Below, piece by piece: positions 8,646 to 18,275 of a stretch of DNA of 33,252 nucleotides. The DNA comes from a virus (lineage: Duplodnaviria > Caudoviricetes), in IMG/VR virus record IMGVR_UViG_3300037307_000611, positions 1 through 33,252 of that record; one strand, given 5' to 3'. The translations under genes were made by a program, and so were the position numbers. Positions within the stretch are counted from its first letter, which is position 1. Each line of letters starts with the position of its first letter. The notes under the pieces are model-generated. The model had not been told where the DNA came from, ran no database searches, and saw only the letters and a program-made list of their open reading frames with translations.

Positions 8646-9668
8646 ATGACTTCCGCAAGCAAAACCTGGCTTGGGCTGGGCCTGCAAACCGCAAAAGGCA
8701 CGCCTCAGGCAACCGATGCCAATTTCACCTACATCCGCTTCCAGCGCGGCGGTCTCTCGGTGGCCAACCAGGTCATCTCTTCAGAGACCGAAGTGGGCGG
8801 CGAGGCGCTGCCCTCCGACCAACAGAAAGTCGGCGTGTTCGGCCGGGGCGCGTTCGAGTTCATCCCACGTGCCCACTCGCTGGGCCTGCTGCTGGCGGGC
8901 TGGTTTGGCGCGCCGACCACGGCCGCCGACGGCCTCGGCTACAAGCACACCTACGCCCTGGGCGCCGACCAGTTCGACACGCCTTACCTGACCGCCCGCA
9001 ACGCCCCCGGTCGCCTGTGGGGCGAGCAGTACCAGGACAGCGTGATCAACCAGGTCGGCCTCAACTGGCGCGCCGCAGACTACATTCGCGGCGCCGTTGG
9101 ATTGATCGGCGGGCTGCCGACCCCCGTGGCTACGACCACCTGGGCGGCTGTGCCCGATGCCAGCCCGTCCTTCATTGCCCCCGTGACCACCATCACCTGG
9201 CCCGGCGAGACCCCCAAGGTGCTCTCGGGCGCGGTGGTTCTGGGCTCGGCCGTCCCTCTGGACGAGCAGTGGATCACCGGCGCTTACTCCCCGGACGACC
9301 TAGAAGTGACCGCGAGACAAGCGGCCATCCAGCTGGTCATGAAGGTGGCCGATGGCGCGCTGTACAAGAAGATGGCCTACGACAGCGCAGGAGGCTCCGC
9401 CTGGGCTGCGTCCATCCTGAAGGAGGCGCAGGTCGAGCTGGCCTTCACCTCGGTGCAGACCTACGACACACTCAAGCCCTACAAGCTGGTCATCAAGGGC
9501 AACGCCCAGACCGACAACCCGTCGATCGCCTGGAGCGTGGCCCCAATCAACCTGGAAGCCGGCCGCAACGTGGTTATGGCCGTCACCGGCACCATCCTGT
9601 CGGTGGGCGATGGCGAGCCGATCACCGCCGAGCTGTATAACGCTACGGCAAGCTACGCCCTGCCGTAA
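8646..9668 (+). CDS. Major tail tube protein
   Basis: WLGLGLQTAKGTP N-terminus, GAFEF and YKHTY motifs; GGAGG RBS; upstream of chaperone and tape measure. Confidence 0.75.
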   Translation: MTSASKTWLGLGLQTAKGTPQATDANFTYIRFQRGGLSVANQVISSETEVGGEALPSDQQKVGVFGRGAFEFIPRAHSLGLLLAGWFGAPTTAADGLGYKHTYALGADQFDTPYLTARNAPGRLWGEQYQDSVINQVGLNWRAADYIRGAVGLIGGLPTPVATTTWAAVPDASPSFIAPVTTITWPGETPKVLSGAVVLGSAVPLDEQWITGAYSPDDLEVTARQAAIQLVMKVADGALYKKMAYDSAGGSAWAASILKEAQVELAFTSVQTYDTLKPYKLVIKGNAQTDNPSIAWSVAPINLEAGRNVVMAVTGTILSVGDGEPITAELYNATASYALP

Positions 9669-9685
9669 CCCCTGGGAGGAGAGAC

Positions 9686-10132
9686 ATGGCTAAGAATGAA
9701 GACACCGAGAAGGACGGCTTCGACTTCGGCGACTACGCCATTGCAGACGGCGTCGAATACCACTTCGAGAAACTGCCGGGTAAGTCCTGGATCATCAAGC
9801 CGGTCACCAGCAAGGCCGAGATCAACCGCTCGCGCTTTATGCTCCACAACCGGGTGGTGGAAACAGTGGATGGCACTCGTTACGAGATGCCGCCGACCGC
9901 AGTCGAGGTGAGGAACCGCGAGGTCGCCCTTCTCTTTGGCGGCACCAACCTGACCACCAAGTCCGGCAAGCCCGTCATCCAGGACGACCCAACTACCCAG
10001 GAGGTGGAAGCCTTACTGGAGAAAATGCCCCCGGAGATGGTCAACGAGATCTGGGTCAAGATCGGACAGATTTATCCCAAGTGGGGGCCAGCGGACCCAA
10101 AAGAGTGGACGGAGACGAAACCGGAGGCATAA
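9686..10132 (+). CDS. Tail assembly chaperone (gpG-like)
   Basis: Between tube and tape measure; contains a slippery heptamer near its 3' end. Confidence 0.75.
   Translation: MAKNEDTEKDGFDFGDYAIADGVEYHFEKLPGKSWIIKPVTSKAEINRSRFMLHNRVVETVDGTRYEMPPTAVEVRNREVALLFGGTNLTTKSGKPVIQDDPTTQEVEALLEKMPPEMVNEIWVKIGQIYPKWGPADPKEWTETKPEA
10096..10102 (+). other. Programmed -1 frameshift site C-CCA-AAA
   Basis: X XXY YYZ heptamer in the correct phase (GAC CCA AAA); the -1 frame stays open to 10368. Confidence 0.8.
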
Positions 10133-10368
10133 GTCCTTTCGAGGCGCTCTTGAACCACATGGAGAGCGCCGTCTCCGACGTCATCCTGGGCGGTCCAACA
10201 AGCGACCTGATGCTGGTGGCGCTGCTTGACCTGGCCATTGCCTCGATCCGTGACGAGCGACCCGTATTCCCGAGCCTGATAGACGAGCCGATCCTTTTCC
10301 GCCACTTCCGCCGCTTCGTCAGGAAGGCGTTAGACGCGCAGGAAAAGATCCACAGCTTCATGGAGTGA
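10096..10368 (+). CDS. C-terminal extension of the tail chaperone (gpGT-like, frameshift product)
   Basis: -1 frame ORF (PKRVDGDETGG...HSFME) fills the gap to the tape measure; no clear own RBS. Confidence 0.7.
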   Translation, partial: PKRVDGDETGGISPFEALLNHMESAVSDVILGGPTSDLMLVALLDLAIASIRDERPVFPSLIDEPILFRHFRRFVRKALDAQEKIHSFME

Positions 10369-13300
10369 CCCGTATGGATTGGAACCGAAAAATCCTCGAG
10401 CAGACAGCGTTCTTACCGACCTCCGTCCAGGACCGCCTGGCCGCTGACATCTCGGGGATTTACCGCACCGCCTGGGAGGCGGCCGGCAGCCCGTTGGGTT
10501 CTCCGCAAGACTACTTCGACGCCAACCCGCTTGAAAGACAGGCAGTGCGCCAGGCGGCGGCGGACAAGTTCGTCCCCTGGGCCAGGAACTATGGGCTGGG
10601 CATCGCCCCTACGCTGCAGGGAAACCTGGAAGTTCCAAGAGCGCTCTCCGGCGCATATCGCCAGACCGCAGAGGACGTGCGCGGCATCGGACAAACCGGG
10701 ACGGTCGGGCAGCTGGAGGAGATCCTGGCCCGCTCGACCTACGGCGCTCATGAGGCGCTCTACCGCACGCGTGGCCAGATGTCGGGCTTTGGCACAACCC
10801 AGGGTGTGGCCAGCTCGGCCGTAGACGCCTACCTGGGAGTAGCCGACAGGCTGCCGTCCTTCAACTTCGACCCCAAGCGAGAAGGCAACTTCATGGCCTT
10901 TGCCGTCCAGCGGGCCGGGATGGGCGCAACTTCCGAGATCGAAAGAAAGGAATTGGCCGCCCGCCCGCTTGGCACGCAATCCTACATGGAAGGCGACGAA
11001 ATGTCCTTCGGGGCCTACGGGACTTCGTTGGAAGCGATCGCCGCCGCCCAGGAGGGCGGCCTGCGCAGCGGCGCTTTTGCAGTCCGGTCCGGGGACCCGG
11101 AATGGGGCTGGACCATCGTGCGCAAGTACAGCCAGGGTTTCGACAACTGGGGCCCGCAGTGGGGCCACAGCCTGAGCATCACCGAGAAGACCCGGGTGCC
11201 GACGCCGGAGTTCAACCAGGACATGGCCGCCGATGCGGCCTACTCCCGCCAGCGCACGGCCGCCCAAGAGGCTTACGCGACCGCCTTCGACCAGAGATAC
11301 AGCACAGCCCAGGTGGAGATCTTGCAAAAGCAGCGGGACATCCGGCAGTCATCCGCCCGCTATTTCCCCATGCCGGTCGCCGGCTCGGGATCGATGATCG
11401 TCGCCCAGTCGCAGGGAGCGGGGACGAGATATTACGCTAACGCAGCTACCGGGACGATCGATCCGTTTGGGCCGAACCGCCAGATGGCGCTTACGGCAGA
11501 CGATTTATACCGCTTCTCGAGGCCAGGACCTGCCGAGCGAGCCCAGCTCGCCGCATTAGATCAATCATACCGGACCAGCGTGTTGTACAACGCACCGGCC
11601 GCACCCGGGGTGATCGATCCCAGCAAAGAGCACGCCAGCGTCGGCAAGGACTTCCAGATCCAGCACGGCCAGTTCTTCCAGGGCGAACTCCCCAGCGGGC
11701 ATACAGGCTACTTTTCAGCAGTCGGCCGCCCGCGCGGTGGAACCTTGCGCTACCGGTACCTCGGGGATTTCGACGCCGTCCAGCTGCCATCACGCTACTG
11801 GGACAGCCTGCCGTCTAAGGCCATCCCGGCCGCCTCCCGCATGTACGTGCAGTCCTTCCAGGGCCTCGGCTTCAACCTGGAAGAGAACCGGGGCGAGGAC
11901 GCCTGGCTGGACGTCGAGCGATCCTATCTCGACCTCCCTGGCGGCGGGATGTACGCCGATCCCGAGCCCCCGAAGTGGGGCCCGTACCCGAGCGTTGAGA
12001 TGAATATGTCTTACGGGAATAACGCCAGGCAGGGGGTCCGGGCGGCGACGACCTACCAGGCGGGCCTGTCCGGGGAGCGGACCCAGACCACCCGCTGGGG
12101 GCCGGCAGGGTACGAGCAGCTCGAAGGCCTGCGAGAGGGAAGCCTGTTCTGGCAGGTTTCGGCCGGGGACGAGAAAGCGCTGATGCAAGCCACCGGCGAC
12201 GTGCGCAGCTTCAACCTCCAGCAAATGCTGAATGACCCCAACTCGCTGGAAGCCTGGAGCCAGGCGGAGGGCTGGTCGATCGAGGGCGGGCGCAAAATGA
12301 TGCAGGACGCCCTGAAACGCGGCCTCAAAACCGGCTACTCGCTGAGCTACCGCAGCGCCGCCGACCACCCCGCCAATAAGGAGCAGCCGAGGTCCCCGTG
12401 GGGCCAAGACGTCGGTGAAGACAACGTCGCTCACCTGGCACCGGAAGATGAAATCCGCCCGGTCTACGACGAAATGGCCGCCCTCCAGGGCGCCTCCGTC
12501 GGCTACCAGGATCCACGCTACTACCAACAGACGGTCGGAGAAGTTATAGCAAGAAACAAACCGATCAGCGTGGCCAGGCGCCTCATGGACTGGCGGGCGG
12601 AAAAGTACCGCCAAGCGACCAACGCGGCCGGGTACCATGCGCTCGAAAACGCAAAGCCCGCACCGCCCAACCTGGCCTACTGGCGAAACCGCATCGCCCG
12701 CTCCAGGAGCCGCAACGCGCCTGGGGCCGCTGTACGTGGAGGAACCCGGGCCGATAGCGTGACCGCGGCGATGGCTATCCCAGAAGAGATGCTGCCCGAA
12801 GCCACCAAGGCCGCCCAGTACTGGACTGAGGTCGCCTCCTGGATGGCCGGCAGGGACATTCAGGTCAAGCCTTATACGGGACAGTTCCAGAAATCCGGCT
12901 CACGCGTCGTCCCGGCGTTCTATCGCTACGACGATGACACGATCTACATGGCCAAGCAGTTCTTCGACGAAGGCGAGTGGACGCCGGAGCGGCTGAAGAA
13001 CATTGGCGGCGACTTGACCTTCAAGGACCTGGGCGGGCGGTTTATCAGCCACGAAGTCGGCCATGCAGAGCTGACGCAGGAGGGCCACGAAACCATCCTG
13101 AGAGCAATCAAGGGATCTTCTCCCAGGCAGCGCGATCGGCGCAAAGCCTACATGGCGGGCCTGCCGGGCGGGGACATGAGCGACGAGCAGCTGGCCAGCG
13201 AGGTCGGGGCGGAGATCCGCTCCGAGGGCTTCGGCTATTCATCCCCGATGGTTGAGGCCGTACTGGGCGGGCAAAAGCATTCCGTTATCTCGAAGGTGCT

Positions 13301-16300
13301 TGGATCTACTGGCACGAAATACGCCGATCGGGTAAGGGAAGCCAGAAGAAACGCGCAGGCGAACTTCCCCGGCGGCTTCGACGACCTTGAGGAGCCGGAA
13401 TTCGACAGCATCAACTTCGGCGATCTTCCAAGCTCGGAAGATATGGGCTCGGAGAGCGCGGCCAACATTGGCGGCTTTGGCGGAAATGGCAATGGCCGCT
13501 GGGGCGGCCCTCCGCCGCCGGAAGATCCGCCCTGGGAGGAAGGCTACACCGAAGGCCCGCCGGATGATCCGAACTCAAACTCCGCCAGGGCCGGACTAAG
13601 GGGCGGCGCCAAGGCGATGCAGGATTACCAGGCCGGGTTGAGCGCGACAAAGTACGGCAGCCGCAAGCTGAGAGAATGGTCCGACCGCAGGGCCGGCCGC
13701 AAGTCGACCGACCCATTAGCCATCCACGCGGGTCAGTCCAGAGAGCGCCACCAGCGGGTGAGCGACATGCTCGGCCAGGAAGGCCGCTTTGAGCGCTGGG
13801 CCGCCGCCTCTCATACACCCATCACCAGCGTCAAGCAGAAGGCGCAGGCCAAGGCGTTCTACGAGCAAGCCGGTATGGAGCCCATTCGCAGGGCCGGCAA
13901 TGCGCCGTTCAGCGTAGCGGCTAACGCCGACGAGATCGCCACCGGCCTGCCCATGATGTTCGACAGCGAAGAAGACCGCCAGGCGATGGCTGAGATGATC
14001 TTGTCGGAGAGAACCGGAGAGATCGCGGCCAGGGCTGAAGCAGCTGGATACTCGGTCGAGGAATACACCCAGCACATCGTCAACGGCACGCTGCCTCCAC
14101 TGAGAGAGCGCCGCCCGCCAAACTCCCTTTCTGCAGCCCAGGTGTCGCAGGAAGGCGCACGCGCTTCCATGCTCGGGTCGTTCAGCGGCGGCCTCAAGAG
14201 GGCTGAGAGCCAGTCGATGGGCGTCTTGCATGGCGATCGGAACGCTCGCCCGGGCAGGGGCGCTCAGGCCGCCTTCGTCGATCCCAAAACTGGCGAGATC
14301 AACCTGAGCGCTCAGGGCATCGAAACGGCGCGGGAAGGTTTCAATCGTGCCGTGATGGACGCCTTCCAGGGTCCGCTGCCCGACGACCCCAGGGCCATGC
14401 TGATGACCCTGCAAGAGCGCATCAGTAAAGGTCTGAAGAAGTGGGTCAACGATCTCGAAAAATCCCTGGTTGAAACCTCGGACAGCCCAAGCACACGCGC
14501 CGAAGCCTCTGAGCTAAAGGCCAGGATTGATAAGGTCACGCGCTCGGCCATGAACGCCGGCCTCTCCAGGCTCGAGAGCGAGCTCGAAGGCAAGGGCCTT
14601 GAGACGGAAGGTTGGCGTGACCAGATCACTACCCGTCTATCCGGCGAGAAGCACATCCAGGCCGCCGGCATCGCCAACCCGGCGCTCGGAGAGCAGATCC
14701 TGGGCCGGTTCGGCAGCTATGCCGCGGCTGCAAGAGCCCAGCCCACCGTTCTCACGCAGGACGACAAGTACTACATGGTCGGCGACCTTGGCTTTGACCT
14801 GGGCGGCGTAGGCGGCGAAGGCGGGTTCGGACAGCACGGTCCCAGGGGCGCCAGGGGCATCATGGGCCAGGGCGCAGGGCAGCTGCTTTACGGCGCCTAC
14901 CTGACCAAGCGCATGCTGGCCATGACCGTCGGCCCGTCCATCCAGGAGGCCGAATATTACGCTGGGAAGGTGATGGAGCCCTCCCAGTATGTGGCCGCGG
15001 GTGTTGGTGGAGCTGGAGCGATGTCCGGCTCTGCAGCCGGAGTAGCCACACGATCCGAGATGCTCAAGAACACCTTTGCAGAAGGCGCTTACCAGCAGTG
15101 GGGCGGCATCACGAACGCTACCTATGCCTTGATGGCCGGAAACGTTGGAGCGGCCCGGGCCCTATCCGGCATCGGCGCAGGCTTGGGTATTGCAGGTATC
15201 GGCGCGATGGCGCCGCAGCTGCTGGGGATGATGGGACTGGGCGGCGGAGCGCTGGCGACCGCAGCCGGGTCGGTCCTGCCTGCCGTCGGCTTGACCATCG
15301 CTGGCGGGTCGCTTGGAATGGAGGGCTACAACCGCTATTTCCGGCCGGAAGGCGCCCCGGAGATCAGCTGGGGCTGGATGGCCGAGACCGGCGTCAATAT
15401 GCTGGACGTTGGCGCGGCCAGGACACAGTATTACCAGCAGGCGCTGCGCCAGGGGCCCGGGGCAGGAAAAAGCGGGCTGCTTGATTTTCTCGCTGATAAC
15501 CTTTCGGCTCCCCTGGCCGGCTTTTCAACCATGTTCAGCCAGGCAGGACCGGAAAGCGGGCTGCTCGCCAAGGCGCTCGGCGGCGGCAGCTCGCTGATGA
15601 GAAATCTATTCGGGGCCCTTGGAATAGCCGCTCCCGGCGAAGAGGCAGTCCTGGCCCAAATGACCCCGGCCCAGCGAGATCTATACCGCATGCAGACCGA
15701 GGGACCGTCCGAGCAAATGGTACAGGCCAAGACCCTGGCCGATAGGATGCTCGGGATAACCGGGGAAAGCATCAGCTCGTCCATGCCCGCTTTCCGCGAG
15801 ATGACCCGCTATGCGGGGACGATCGACGGTAACAAGATAGCCGACAGCTTCTACGAGGGCTGGCAGCGCTTCGGTCTTACGGGTATGGAGCAGGCGCAGA
15901 GATACGCTACCGTAGCCCAGCAGCTGGGCTACCGCTACGGCGAAGGCGGCGCTCTGCTAAACCAGTTCACGGGTATGACCGAAGATCAGCGCATCGCTTA
16001 CGAAGAAAGAGCCGGTCAGGTCGCCCGCTACGGCGGCGCATTCGCGGGCTACTTCACCGATGCAAAAGCGGGACAGAGACTGGCCGATCGTTACGACATT
16101 CGCACCCAGGTGCAGGCTACTGGGATACAGCAGCTCTTCCAGGCCGGGACGATAACCGGGATGACCGGAGACCAGATCGGCGATACCGTCGCGCAGCTGG
16201 GACAGAAGTATGGCCCGTACAAGTCCGGCCTGGCCGCACAGCTGGCTCAAACCCTGATCCCAATGGGCGTCGATCCCTTGCAGGCCTTAGGCGCGTTTGG

Positions 16301-18275
16301 GGCGTTAGGCGCCAAAGGTGAGACCGACCTGCAGTCCATGCAGGCCTTCCTGGGCCAGGCTAAGATGTTCGGTTCCCAGGTCAACCCGATGGATATCTCG
16401 GCGGCCGCCCTCAGGCAGAACGCCTGGCAGACACAGACCATCGGCGGCCTGGCTCAGCAGATGGCCATTATGGGGAATGTCGATATCGGCGTGGCTCAGC
16501 AGGGTCTCTCGGGTCTCGGTTTCTCCAATCGCCAGATGTACATGGCCAACCGCATAGCCGGCGGGGACCTCTCCGCCTGGTCATGGAACGCCAGGCAGAC
16601 CGGCTCGGCCTACGGCGCATTCCTGAACGACGCCGGGATGCCGATTTACCAGACCGATATGCGCCAGTTCGAGGCCATGCTGCGCTCGCAGGCGGCGTCA
16701 GGCAACCCGTATGCAGCTTCAGGAGCGGCCGAGCTCAACCAGATGCTCACAGGACTGTGGTCGTCTGATCGTGAAGCATACGACGCCTACATGGCTGCAG
16801 GTCCGACCGGGGGCGCGATTGGCCGCAGCCTATTGCATGCGCAAAGGATGCGCGGCTTCCAGATGCGACAGCTGGATCTTTCACAAGAGCAGGCTGACGC
16901 AGGCTGGGCGCACGAACAGGCTGGATGGGCCTTGACAGATCGCCAGCGCCAGATGCAGTACCGCTTTCAAATGCGGGACTTCGCCGTCCAGGGACAGCGG
17001 ATAACCGCCGAGGCAGGCTTTGCCGAGAGAAGCGAAGGCTTACAGCTCCAGCGCATGAACATGCAGCAGGTTTTCGCCGTCCGGAGCGAAGGTCTCCAGT
17101 GGCAGCAGATGCAGGCCGGTTGGCGATACGCCGAGCAGGGCGAGAACCTGTCCTACAGCCGCCTGATGGCCAACAACCAGTTCGCCGTCCAGGGCGAGAA
17201 CCTGGCCTGGAAGCGGATCGAGCTGCAGGAGCAATTCGGCGGCCAGGTGGCGCAGCTGGGTCGCGAGAGAATGCTGGCCTACCACCAGAACCAATTGTGG
17301 GGCTTGCAATTCTCCTACGGCACCGAGCAGATGCAGCGCGGCTTTACCGAAGAGAACTGGGCCGCCCAGGACACGCAGCGGTCGTTACAACGCGGCTGGC
17401 AGACCGAAGACCTCAACGAAGCCATCCGCTTTGCCTCCGGCAGGCAGAGGGCCCAGCTGGTCCGCCAGCGCGAACGCCAGAACATCATGTCGTCCCTGGA
17501 AGAAGAGGACGTCGAGCGCGGCCGCAGCCAGCAGGAACAGCTGTGGGAGCGTGAGGACGAGCGCTACGCCAACCAGGAGCAGTTCCTCAACCGCATCATC
17601 GAGCTGGACAAGCAGCAGTACGAGCTGGCCGAGGAGCAGCGGGAAGCATCCATCGCCCTTGAGAAAGAAGAGTGGGATCTCTCCAAGCAGCGCCGCGAGA
17701 GCAACCTCGACTACGAGCTGCAAGAGTGGGAGATGGGCAAGTCTCGCCGCCTGGAGCTAATGGAGATCGACAAGAAACAGTTCGACCTCCAGGTGGAGCA
17801 GCGCAAGGCTTATTTCCAGATCGACCTCGAAGGCCACAACTTGAGCGTCGAGCGGCGCAAGTACTTCTACGAGCTGGACCAGCGGGAGCTGGAGCGCCGC
17901 ATCAGCGAATACCAGAAGCAGTACGCCTTACAGAGCGATATGATCCAGTTCGAAAGGGACTGGCAGAAGCAGCAGCGCCAGTTCCAGCTGGAAAGTTTAC
18001 AGCTGCAGCGGGACCAGCTGAAAGAGACGCAAGCCTACGAGATCGAGATGGAGAAGGTCCAGCGCATCTACCAGGCTACGACGGGCTACTTCAACGAGAT
18101 GGTAAAGAACGATCCTACGACGATCCTGAAGGCGATCTCCGAGGTCGCCAGGGATATGGGCTCCGTGTCCCCGACAACCGTTGACGCCATCCAGCGCATG
18201 CTCAAGGCGATCAACGGCGTGGACCAGAGCTCCCTGCAGCAACTGATGGACGTCCTCATCACCATGGAAAGCTGA
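10365..18275 (+). CDS. Tape measure protein, multidomain (2636 aa; start may be ATG 10374)
   Basis: Longest ORF, canonical position after G/GT chaperones; A/G/Q-rich helical body, hydrophobic stretch near 15130-15320, 18-aa repeats at the C-terminus; HEVGH at 13050-13064. Confidence 0.8.
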   Translation: MTRMDWNRKILEQTAFLPTSVQDRLAADISGIYRTAWEAAGSPLGSPQDYFDANPLERQAVRQAAADKFVPWARNYGLGIAPTLQGNLEVPRALSGAYRQTAEDVRGIGQTGTVGQLEEILARSTYGAHEALYRTRGQMSGFGTTQGVASSAVDAYLGVADRLPSFNFDPKREGNFMAFAVQRAGMGATSEIERKELAARPLGTQSYMEGDEMSFGAYGTSLEAIAAAQEGGLRSGAFAVRSGDPEWGWTIVRKYSQGFDNWGPQWGHSLSITEKTRVPTPEFNQDMAADAAYSRQRTAAQEAYATAFDQRYSTAQVEILQKQRDIRQSSARYFPMPVAGSGSMIVAQSQGAGTRYYANAATGTIDPFGPNRQMALTADDLYRFSRPGPAERAQLAALDQSYRTSVLYNAPAAPGVIDPSKEHASVGKDFQIQHGQFFQGELPSGHTGYFSAVGRPRGGTLRYRYLGDFDAVQLPSRYWDSLPSKAIPAASRMYVQSFQGLGFNLEENRGEDAWLDVERSYLDLPGGGMYADPEPPKWGPYPSVEMNMSYGNNARQGVRAATTYQAGLSGERTQTTRWGPAGYEQLEGLREGSLFWQVSAGDEKALMQATGDVRSFNLQQMLNDPNSLEAWSQAEGWSIEGGRKMMQDALKRGLKTGYSLSYRSAADHPANKEQPRSPWGQDVGEDNVAHLAPEDEIRPVYDEMAALQGASVGYQDPRYYQQTVGEVIARNKPISVARRLMDWRAEKYRQATNAAGYHALENAKPAPPNLAYWRNRIARSRSRNAPGAAVRGGTRADSVTAAMAIPEEMLPEATKAAQYWTEVASWMAGRDIQVKPYTGQFQKSGSRVVPAFYRYDDDTIYMAKQFFDEGEWTPERLKNIGGDLTFKDLGGRFISHEVGHAELTQEGHETILRAIKGSSPRQRDRRKAYMAGLPGGDMSDEQLASEVGAEIRSEGFGYSSPMVEAVLGGQKHSVISKVLGSTGTKYADRVREARRNAQANFPGGFDDLEEPEFDSINFGDLPSSEDMGSESAANIGGFGGNGNGRWGGPPPPEDPPWEEGYTEGPPDDPNSNSARAGLRGGAKAMQDYQAGLSATKYGSRKLREWSDRRAGRKSTDPLAIHAGQSRERHQRVSDMLGQEGRFERWAAASHTPITSVKQKAQAKAFYEQAGMEPIRRAGNAPFSVAANADEIATGLPMMFDSEEDRQAMAEMILSERTGEIAARAEAAGYSVEEYTQHIVNGTLPPLRERRPPNSLSAAQVSQEGARASMLGSFSGGLKRAESQSMGVLHGDRNARPGRGAQAAFVDPKTGEINLSAQGIETAREGFNRAVMDAFQGPLPDDPRAMLMTLQERISKGLKKWVNDLEKSLVETSDSPSTRAEASELKARIDKVTRSAMNAGLSRLESELEGKGLETEGWRDQITTRLSGEKHIQAAGIANPALGEQILGRFGSYAAAARAQPTVLTQDDKYYMVGDLGFDLGGVGGEGGFGQHGPRGARGIMGQGAGQLLYGAYLTKRMLAMTVGPSIQEAEYYAGKVMEPSQYVAAGVGGAGAMSGSAAGVATRSEMLKNTFAEGAYQQWGGITNATYALMAGNVGAARALSGIGAGLGIAGIGAMAPQLLGMMGLGGGALATAAGSVLPAVGLTIAGGSLGMEGYNRYFRPEGAPEISWGWMAETGVNMLDVGAARTQYYQQALRQGPGAGKSGLLDFLADNLSAPLAGFSTMFSQAGPESGLLAKALGGGSSLMRNLFGALGIAAPGEEAVLAQMTPAQRDLYRMQTEGPSEQMVQAKTLADRMLGITGESISSSMPAFREMTRYAGTIDGNKIADSFYEGWQRFGLTGMEQAQRYATVAQQLGYRYGEGGALLNQFTGMTEDQRIAYEERAGQVARYGGAFAGYFTDAKAGQRLADRYDIRTQVQATGIQQLFQAGTITGMTGDQIGDTVAQLGQKYGPYKSGLAAQLAQTLIPMGVDPLQALGAFGALGAKGETDLQSMQAFLGQAKMFGSQVNPMDISAAALRQNAWQTQTIGGLAQQMAIMGNVDIGVAQQGLSGLGFSNRQMYMANRIAGGDLSAWSWNARQTGSAYGAFLNDAGMPIYQTDMRQFEAMLRSQAASGNPYAASGAAELNQMLTGLWSSDREAYDAYMAAGPTGGAIGRSLLHAQRMRGFQMRQLDLSQEQADAGWAHEQAGWALTDRQRQMQYRFQMRDFAVQGQRITAEAGFAERSEGLQLQRMNMQQVFAVRSEGLQWQQMQAGWRYAEQGENLSYSRLMANNQFAVQGENLAWKRIELQEQFGGQVAQLGRERMLAYHQNQLWGLQFSYGTEQMQRGFTEENWAAQDTQRSLQRGWQTEDLNEAIRFASGRQRAQLVRQRERQNIMSSLEEEDVERGRSQQEQLWEREDERYANQEQFLNRIIELDKQQYELAEEQREASIALEKEEWDLSKQRRESNLDYELQEWEMGKSRRLELMEIDKKQFDLQVEQRKAYFQIDLEGHNLSVERRKYFYELDQRELERRISEYQKQYALQSDMIQFERDWQKQQRQFQLESLQLQRDQLKETQAYEIEMEKVQRIYQATTGYFNEMVKNDPTTILKAISEVARDMGSVSPTTVDAIQRMLKAINGVDQSSLQQLMDVLITMES
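10928..10947. repeat. Dispersed palindrome copy 5: AACTTCCGA-GA-TCGAAAGAA
   Basis: Intragenic, three mismatches to the consensus. Confidence 0.55.
13423..13442. repeat. Dispersed palindrome copy 6: ATCTTCCAA-GC-TCGGAAGAT
   Basis: Intragenic, encodes DLPSSED. Confidence 0.75.
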
